From an uncultured Rivularia sp. (lineage in GTDB: Bacteria; Cyanobacteriota; Cyanobacteriia; Cyanobacteriales; Nostocaceae), in assembly GCA_963665115.1 (NCBI GenBank), contig OY762007.1, positions 2,752,001-2,816,000 on the forward strand: a stretch of DNA of 64,000 nucleotides, read 5' to 3'. A program made the translations under genes and the position numbers. Shown here one piece after another: positions 56,885 to 64,000 of this stretch (position 1 is the stretch's first letter; each line of letters opens with the position of its first letter). The notes beneath the pieces were generated by a model that saw only the letters and a program-made list of their open reading frames with translations, did not search any database and was not told where the DNA came from.

Positions 56885-57526
56885 ATGGCTTTGGGCGAAA
56901 ATAGACGTGCTGTTGGAACTTTTTCAAGTCGCAACGATATTGAATATGCTCTGCGAGAACTCAGAGATGCTGGCTTTGATATGAATAAAGCTTCTGTAAT
57001 TGCTAGAAATAATGATACTGGGAATCAAGTCGCTGGTGTAGAAACTCAGGAACAGGTTGGAAACAAGGCTGATGAAGGTGCAGCAGCAGGAGTGCTTACG
57101 GGTGGAGTTTTTGGAGGTATAACTGGTTTACTGGTGGGTTTGGGTAGTTTAGCTGTTCCCGGTGTTGGTCCGATATTGCTTGCTGGTGAGATTGCTACGG
57201 CTTTAATAACAACTGTTGCTGGTGCTGGTATTGGTGCTGCGACTGGTGGTTTATTAGGTGCGCTGGTTGGTTTGGGAATTCCTGAAGAACGAGCAAGAGT
57301 ATACAATGAGCGAATCGAGCGCGGCGATTATCTATTAATTTTGGATGGAACGGAAGCTTCTATTAACGGTGCTGAGGTTATTGTCAAAAATCGCGGTATT
57401 GAAGAATTTGAAATTTACAATGCTCCTAATGCAGCATCAAGCAGTTCGGATAATCTAAATCAGAAGCCGATTGCCGATACAGATTCTCAAGTTGTAATTA
57501 TTGATAGTCGCGAATCTGCATTTTAG
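56885..57526 (+). CDS. General stress protein (YflT-like, Gly-zipper)
   Basis: RAVGTF, GLLVGLGSLAVPGVGP, GLGIPEERARVY. Confidence 0.85.
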   Translation: MALGENRRAVGTFSSRNDIEYALRELRDAGFDMNKASVIARNNDTGNQVAGVETQEQVGNKADEGAAAGVLTGGVFGGITGLLVGLGSLAVPGVGPILLAGEIATALITTVAGAGIGAATGGLLGALVGLGIPEERARVYNERIERGDYLLILDGTEASINGAEVIVKNRGIEEFEIYNAPNAASSSSDNLNQKPIADTDSQVVIIDSRESAF

Positions 57527-58503
57527 AAAATAGAGGATTGGGGATTGGGCATTGGGAGCAGCAGAGTTAGGAAGAAAACTGGTAACTGTTCACTGCTGAC
57601 TATTCCCCATTCCCAAACAATTAATATTACTAAATTTAATAGCTGATATAGTTTTTGTTTAATTTATTTCGCGTTTTGCGCCATTCCCAGAAACCGGGTT
57701 TATTTGTGCTTGTCGATAATGATGCAATGATGTCGGATTTATCAAAATCTTTGATAGGAACTAGATTGATGAGAAGTAGGTCTTATAGAAAATAAATGCT
57801 GAGAAATTTCAGCCTCATACTCACAAAATTCGTAATTGATTTATTCGCTTCTCAAAACAAATCAAAAGTGTCAAGAGTGTAAAGGGTGAAATTTTAGTTA
57901 TTTTTTTAAACACGAGTATCTATAAATAACTAAATCTCGATAGTAAAGCATTAAGCTTATTGCGACTCAAGCGATAATTAGTTGTTAATTATTAATGAAA
58001 AGTGCAACCATTTATTAAGCTTTGATATATACTGATATTTTTTAATACCTAACGCTAAATATTAATGCTTAAGCTAGAGCAAAAAAAGTTGCCTAATTTC
58101 ACTTCCGTGTAAAGATAGATGAATTTGCTGAATTTGGCTTCTGTAAACTGTTTTGAAGTTTGATTCTCAATAAGTTTTATCAAGCTAATAGAAACTTAGA
58201 AAAAATGTGGTTAATTTTTCCAAATTTGCTAACATCAAATAGCTGCTGTCCGGCGGCCTTGCATACAAGCATTTAAAAACTCTTGACGAGGGTGTCAGGT
58301 AGATATAAATGTAATTCTTATGCTTTGTCGCACCTGCTGGTGATTTACACCGGAAGGAGTACAGAAAAACTTGGTTTTCGTTTAATTTAGTGCCTAAAAT
58401 GGTACTTGCTCAAATTCATCTTCGATTGTTTTTTAAACATTCGCTCCTCAACACAACACACCGATTTATTAGTTGCTTAGAAGGGCCTTATTAGGAGATT
58501 CAA

Positions 58504-58992
58504 ATGAAAAAATTTATTCCTCTTCTCATTAGCGGTATTTTAGCTACAGTTGCAGTTGGTTGTGGTGAAGAAGCCGCTAAGACTGGCTCTGAAAATCCTA
58601 ATGCTTTACAACCTTCTGCAAGAGAAGCTAGCGAGACAGAAGGTTTAAATCAACCTTTAAGTGAACCTGGAGCAGTTCCTGGAGCGGAAAACGTACCTAC
58701 CGATCCAACTGCTGCAACCGAAGGCGTAGATCCGCTAGCAAGCGATTTATCAAAAGAAGTTAGCAAAAAGCTCAAAGAAAACTTACCAGCTAGCAACTTA
58801 GAAGTTCAAGAGCAAGAAGGAGTTGTTACCGTTGGTGGTACAGTTTCTTCTCAAGAAGAACTTCAGCAAGTTGAACCTTTGACTAAAGGTGTTAAAGGTG
58901 TCAAAGGAGTAAACGTGGAAGCGAATGTTGATGCTGTCGCTCCCGCTCCCGAAGATGTTGTACCTGGTGCTGAAGGTACCGATCCTCAGTAA
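58504..58992 (+). CDS. BON-domain lipoprotein
   Basis: Lipobox AVGC; GVVTVGGTV...VKGVKGV. Confidence 0.8.
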   Translation: MKKFIPLLISGILATVAVGCGEEAAKTGSENPNALQPSAREASETEGLNQPLSEPGAVPGAENVPTDPTAATEGVDPLASDLSKEVSKKLKENLPASNLEVQEQEGVVTVGGTVSSQEELQQVEPLTKGVKGVKGVNVEANVDAVAPAPEDVVPGAEGTDPQ

Positions 58993-59093
58993 GTAAATCG
59001 CATTTATTTCTAATGTAGAGACGTAATATCCATACGTCTCTTTTATTTTGGATTTTGGATTTTGCGGAAAGTTGAGCCTTCATAAGGTGCGCG

Positions 59094-59828
59094 GTGAGAG
59101 CAGTAGCGTTAGCTCCTAAAATTAGACCAAGTTATATTGCTGCGATTGAAGAACGTGTTTATGAAATGAATGAGGAAACTTCATTATTAGTAGGTATTCC
59201 TGATGTATCGGTACAAAGTTCTAAAAAAGCAGTACCCCGTAGGCTTACTAGTGAAATTTCAACTGCTCGAACTATTACACAACCTATAGAAATAACCCTT
59301 CCTTTAATCGAAGCTTCGACAGAAGGTTATTTAGAAATTCGTTCTGTAGAAACAGGTGAAGTAATAACTGCGATTGAAGTTTTATCTCCTAAGAATAAAC
59401 AATCTGTGATTGGTCGTCTCCAATATGAAACAAAGCGACAAAAAATATTAAGGAGTGGCATTAATTTAATCGAAATTGATTTACTACGGCAGGGAAAATC
59501 CATGCCAATTTTAGAAACAGAGATAGATAGCGATTATCAAATTTTAATAAGTCGCAGTAATATTCGTCCTAAAGCAGAACTTTATTATTTTAATTTACAG
59601 AATAAAATACCTTAATTTATCTTACCATTACGCGATGAAGATACAGAGCCTATAGTTGATTTACAGACATTATTAGATGAAATTTATGAGCAAGGTGGTT
59701 ACGATTTGAGATTAGATTACAGTCGTTCTCCCGTACCCAATTTATCGAATCAGGATGCTGTTTGGGTTGAGGAATTATTGAAGCATCAAGAGCTTTATCT
59801 ATTGGATACTATATCTCTCAAACCATAG
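59094..59828 (+). pseudogene. DUF4058 family pseudogene (N-terminus missing, in-frame TAA at 59613-59615)
   Basis: IEVLSPKNK, LIEIDLLR; homology continues in frame after the stop (FILPLRDED...DLRLDY). Confidence 0.75.
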
Positions 59829-59991
59829 GAGCCATAGTAGAAATGCATCCTATCTTCGCAGTAAAATTTGGATTTTCGTAAATAAATTCGCTATAGTCAG
59901 CTAAATCATCGATGCCAACCAAGTTGAGGATAATTTCGGTTGCTAACCAAAAAGAAGTTTTTACTAATAATTTTTGCCAATCTACTTTCAT
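59818..59991 (-). CDS. 57-aa small protein (below the ORF-track cutoff)
   Basis: MKVDWQKLLVKTSFWLATEIILNLVGIDDLADYSEF...; strong RBS AGGGAGGGAG. Confidence 0.65.
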   Translation of the reverse strand: MKVDWQKLLVKTSFWLATEIILNLVGIDDLADYSEFIYENPNFTAKIGCISTMAPMV

Positions 59992-60078
59992 AACTCCCTC
60001 CCTTGACTGATTTAGTCGGAAAAATATTTTTTTTAACTCTTACTTATTTATTAGTGTCAGAGTTGGGATGTTATGCAG

Positions 60079-60181
60079 TAAGCTGATGTGCAGCTAAATA
60101 GTATAAAACAAAATTTGGTAATTATTGTAGTGCGGGCATCTTGCCCGCTAGTACTATAAAAATTAAGTGCGTAACAACTTA
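60079..60181. mobile_element. TA-ended MITE with a central GTAG-REP palindrome (copy A)
   Basis: TAAGCTGATGTGCA ... TGCGTAACAACTTA ends; inverted copy at 61152-61279. Confidence 0.75.
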
Positions 60182-60389
60182 GTAGAATAAGTCAACTCTG
60201 ATAGTTGATTACAGCACTGTGGAAGTCAATTCCGTATTGAAGAGAAATTTACGGTATATCTATTGACGCTGAAATACTTGCAGTGAGTAACTTTGAAACC
60301 CAGAGCTAATTTTTTTTAGGACATTATTCAATCCACTTTAATTTTCATATCTATCTAAATATCTGATTTTACCGTAAACAAATTCTCCA

Positions 60390-61010
60390 TTACAGCTTCC
60401 TAGTTTCTTGTGCGGCGGGATATTGACAGTTGTCTAAAGATTCTTCTTCTACAATTTCACCTTCTTGATTTAAACAAACGAAGTAGAGATTGCTTCTCCA
60501 CTCAATGTCACGTTGATACTCCCGAACTTTTGGGTTTACTTCAACTGAAAAATTTCCTTTTTTTATAGTTTGCATATTAGATTTACCGTATTTACCATCG
60601 TAAATTAGATAAGTAAATTGATTGACACCAGGTTTAATTACAAATTTACTTCCTCTATGACTTGTATCAAAATCAAAACCTATGATTTGAGAATTCTCAT
60701 TTTTTGTGTATTTACGATCGGTATAGGGAACTTTATTTGTAATGTTTCTGAATTTTTCATTAACAATTCTTACCCTTCTACCTTTCTTTGTTGGTACTTC
60801 TTTATGCCGAAACCAACCAATAACACTTTCACTGTACCAGCCCGGACAAGTTCCGACATACTTTACTACATCAACTATTTTTTTATTCAAATTAGTTCCA
60901 TCATTAAATACAATACCCACATCTTCTAATTTTTCCTGTGCGTAGCTAATAGATGTCATCCCGCATACGAAAATAGCACCTGCGAGCAAAAATAAATTCC
61001 TAAGTTTCAT
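60390..61010 (-). CDS. Hypothetical exported protein
   Basis: Signal-peptide-like N-terminus ending SYA; 206 aa; no family recognised. Confidence 0.65.
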   Translation of the reverse strand: MKLRNLFLLAGAIFVCGMTSISYAQEKLEDVGIVFNDGTNLNKKIVDVVKYVGTCPGWYSESVIGWFRHKEVPTKKGRRVRIVNEKFRNITNKVPYTDRKYTKNENSQIIGFDFDTSHRGSKFVIKPGVNQFTYLIYDGKYGKSNMQTIKKGNFSVEVNPKVREYQRDIEWRSNLYFVCLNQEGEIVEEESLDNCQYPAAQETRKL

Positions 61011-61151
61011 CTTTTTGAACTGTTCTACGTAGGTACTTATGATTCGGTCAAATTCTGTTTAATTATGATTTTTTACAGCAACTCGACTATTTGCAATGTG
61101 CGAATTCAAACGATCGAGGCAATCTCTGCACTCATCGCAGATAATAGCTGC

Positions 61152-61279
61152 TAAGCTGTTACGCACTTAATTTGTATAATACCCTTCGTGCAAGATGCTC
61201 GCACTACAATGCTTTCATTTTTATGTCCTTCGGACACGCTGCGCTAACGCATTATATAATTTAGCTGCACATCAGCTTA
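61152..61279. mobile_element. TA-ended MITE (copy B, inverted relative to A, with a small internal insertion)
   Basis: Right end ATTTAGCTGCACATCAGCTTA is the exact reverse complement of the left end of copy A. Confidence 0.75.
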
Positions 61280-61335
61280 TATATGCTGCGTTCGTTATTA
61301 TTGAGACGTAGCAATACACCCCGTCTCTACATTAT

Positions 61336-62493
61336 TTAATCAAATTTCTTCAACACTTCCACCAATTTCTCAATCTGACTTTGTTGATGAGTAGCCATCA
61401 GGGAAATGCGAATCCGACTCGTAGGAACTGTGGGGGGACGAATTGCTGGCGCAAAAATTCCTTCTGCTTTAAGATAATTTCCGATTTTTAACGCTTCTGC
61501 CGCACTTTCTACCTGAAAACAAATAATTGCAGATTCTGATGGTAATATTTTCAGGTTTTCTAAACCAGACATCAAGTCTTTCAAATAATTTATGTTTTTC
61601 CACAACTGTCTGCGACGAGTGGGTTCTTTCTTAACTATATTTATTGCTTCTAATGCCGCAGCTGTATCGCTCGGTGAAAGCGCTGTGGTATAAATCCAGG
61701 TAGAAGCGCGATTTCGTAAAAAGTCAATTAAATTTTTACTTCCGGCAACGTAACCACCCAAACTACCCAAAGCTTTACTCAAAGTACCAACTTGAATTAA
61801 CTGCTTGGAAGTACAACCGAAATGTTCGACGCAACCAGCACCAGTTTCTCCCAATACTCCAGTAGCGTGAGCTTCATCTACCAACAACATACAGTTAAAT
61901 TCTTCAGCAATATCCAATAGTGACGGTAAAGGACACAAATCACCATCCATGCTGAAAACGCTATCGGTAATTATCAAACAGCGACGATAATTTTCCCGAA
62001 TTTCTTGCAATTTACTTTTCAAAGCTGCAACATCGCAATGGGGATATTCCACAATGGCAGCACCACTAAGAATTGCCCCATTTTTCAAACTCGAATGATT
62101 GTACTCATCCGATAAAATTAGATCGCGTTTACCAACCACGGCGGTAATTGCACCCAAATTTGCTAAATATCCCGAACTGAATACTAAAGCATCCTCCGTT
62201 TTTTTGAGAGATGCGATCGCGCTTTCCAATTCACCGTGTAATTCCCGATGCCCGCTGAGTAATCTGGAACCAGTACTACCAGTACCGAAATATTGAATAG
62301 CAGTAGTTGCAGCCTGGATTAAACGTTCATCCCCTGCCAAACCGAGATAATCATTGCTGGCAAAATTAATTACTTCGCGCCCTTGTAAAACCACCGTAGC
62401 GCCAGCGCCACCGTGGATAGACTGCACCGAGCGGTACCAATGGGCGCGGTGAATAGTTGCCAAAGATTGCTCTAGCCAAGCATAAGGATTCAT
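61336..62493 (-). CDS. bioF: 8-amino-7-oxononanoate synthase
   Basis: [31 protein letters not shown]. Confidence 0.95.
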   Translation of the reverse strand: MNPYAWLEQSLATIHRAHWYRSVQSIHGGAGATVVLQGREVINFASNDYLGLAGDERLIQAATTAIQYFGTGSTGSRLLSGHRELHGELESAIASLKKTEDALVFSSGYLANLGAITAVVGKRDLILSDEYNHSSLKNGAILSGAAIVEYPHCDVAALKSKLQEIRENYRRCLIITDSVFSMDGDLCPLPSLLDIAEEFNCMLLVDEAHATGVLGETGAGCVEHFGCTSKQLIQVGTLSKALGSLGGYVAGSKNLIDFLRNRASTWIYTTALSPSDTAAALEAINIVKKEPTRRRQLWKNINYLKDLMSGLENLKILPSESAIICFQVESAAEALKIGNYLKAEGIFAPAIRPPTVPTSRIRISLMATHQQSQIEKLVEVLKKFD

Positions 62494-62568
62494 AATAATA
62501 AGGTCAAAGGTTAAAGGTCAAAGGTTAAAGGTTGTAATTTATAACTCATAACTCTTAACTCTTAACTC

Positions 62569-63211
62569 CTAACTGTTCACTGATTCGCTGCTGCTGAGAT
62601 GGGCGATCGCCTGCTTAATCCAATCTTCGACGAAAGCATCTTTGGGTAATCCAATATCTTCGCCGACGACGTGTAAAGCATAACTAACTTCGTGGGCGGT
62701 GTAGCCCAAAGCCAGTAAAGTCATTTGTACTTCTTCGAGAATTCCTGGTGCGGGGGCCACCTGTCGCTACGAAGAAACCAGCATTTTTACGCCAATCAAT
62801 CAATTTACTTTTTAGCTCCAAACAAATTCGTTCGGCAGTTTTCTTACCCACACCGGGAGCTTGAATTAATAACTGAACGTTAGCAGCAATAATCGATTGG
62901 ACTAACTCGGGTAATTCCAAAGTATCCAATAAGGCAATTGCACTAGCGCTACCAATCCCGCTAACACCGATTAAAAAGCGAAATAAATCTCGTTCTGCTG
63001 GGGTAGTAAAGCCGTAAAGTATTGGTACCTCTTCCCGAACTTGGTAATGGGTAAAGACTTGGACTTCACCCCCCGAATCCGGTAATTGTTGAGCCAATCG
63101 TGCGGGAACTTGTAAATCGTATCCGATACCGTTCACCTCTAAAGTCAAAACATGACGATTGGCGCTATTTTTCTGGATACCAGCAACGATTCCTTTGAGA
63201 TAACTAATCAT
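62569..63211 (-). CDS. ruvA: Holliday junction branch migration protein RuvA; +1 frameshift near 62755
   Basis: [32 protein letters not shown] in the next frame. Confidence 0.92.
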
Positions 63212-63963
63212 AAGAAACCAAAATATTTTAAGCCTTCAATAATTCCACCTGCATATTCATTTTTCGCCAGGTAACGGTGGTTAGCAGGATTTTTATTATG
63301 CCACTGGATTAATTCCGGACGAGCGTTTCCCACAAGGATACCTCGTTCTTCTCCAACTGCAAATAAAGCAGTATCATTGCCCGAATCACCGCAAGCTACC
63401 GTTCTTTCTGCTACAAAATTCCACTTTTGGCGAAGAAATTGCATTGCCTGACCTTTATCGCTGTTACTGGGTACAATGTCAAGGTCAATACCACTGCTGT
63501 AGATCAATTTGACATCTAAACCGCACGAGAACAAATTAGATTCCAATTGCGGTAAAATCCCTGTCGCAACTGATTCTTCAAGGAAAAAGCTTACCTTGAA
63601 TTCACCTTGTTCTGTCTCTGGTTGGGGACGTAACTCGGAGAAATCAGCAGTTTTAGATAATACCACCTCTCGGTTCCATCCTTGAGAAAGTTTTTTTGAC
63701 CAGCCAGTATCGGGAGTATCGCTTTTATCTAAGTAAATCTCCGTTCCTACTGATAAAACCAAAGCATCTGGCTCCATCAGATTTCTTTCCTGTTTGAGCT
63801 TCTGATATAAAACTGGCGATCGCCCGGTAGCATATACAATTTTAGTGCCATGTTTTTGACGGTGTTGGCTCAGAAGTTGCTCTAATTCCCTTAAAGCATC
63901 ATCGTCACCAACAAAAGTGTTATCTAAATCCGTGACAAAAAGAAATCTAGCCACTTTTCTCAA
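63208..63963 (-). CDS. spp: Sucrose-phosphate phosphatase
   Basis: HAD motifs DLDNT, ATGRS, KGQA, GDSGND. Confidence 0.9.
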   Translation of the reverse strand: MRKVARFLFVTDLDNTFVGDDDALRELEQLLSQHRQKHGTKIVYATGRSPVLYQKLKQERNLMEPDALVLSVGTEIYLDKSDTPDTGWSKKLSQGWNREVVLSKTADFSELRPQPETEQGEFKVSFFLEESVATGILPQLESNLFSCGLDVKLIYSSGIDLDIVPSNSDKGQAMQFLRQKWNFVAERTVACGDSGNDTALFAVGEERGILVGNARPELIQWHNKNPANHRYLAKNEYAGGIIEGLKYFGFL

Positions 63964-64000
63964 TCCCTGGTTACAGCTTTATCATCTGCATAGTTTACAT

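Noticed and set aside
58444..58462. CTCCTCAACACAACAC as a Yfr1 gene
   Set aside because: Motif imperfect and lacks the flanking hairpin and terminator
60001..60022. Rrf2/IscR-like operator CTTGACTGATTTAGTCGG
   Set aside because: Single site next to an RBS with no Fe-S gene context; could be chance

Overview
64 kb from an AT-rich filamentous (probably heterocyst-forming, Nostocales/Rivulariaceae-like) cyanobacterium, judged from more than 20 HIP1 octamers (GCGATCGC), heptamer STRR arrays and the gene content. Three blocks are visible. (1) 1-13.2 kb is a phosphate-scavenging block: pstSCAB plus a ~2,400-aa nuclease/phosphatase/5'-nucleotidase fusion. (2) 13.5-43.5 kb is a ~30-kb metal-homeostasis island with six Zur-like boxes: znuABC, a porin, Zn-independent hemB, folE, thrS2, three COG0523-type GTPases, two atypical metallophosphoesterases, WD40, DUF1636, CoaR/CoaT cobalt efflux and an ArsR/CDF pair. 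Accessory genes are interspersed (two Rpn-like nucleases, a propeller-CHAP protein, TPR, DUF805), and an IS630 relic closes the block. (3) 45-64 kb is mostly core genes: sbcD, cysH, murE, three histidine kinases, bioF, ruvA, spp. Intergenic DNA is dense with MITEs and GTAG-type REP palindromes. Eight +1 frameshifts at homopolymers look like assembly errors. No rRNA, tRNA or CRISPR was seen. All family assignments are by motif recognition only; no searches were run.
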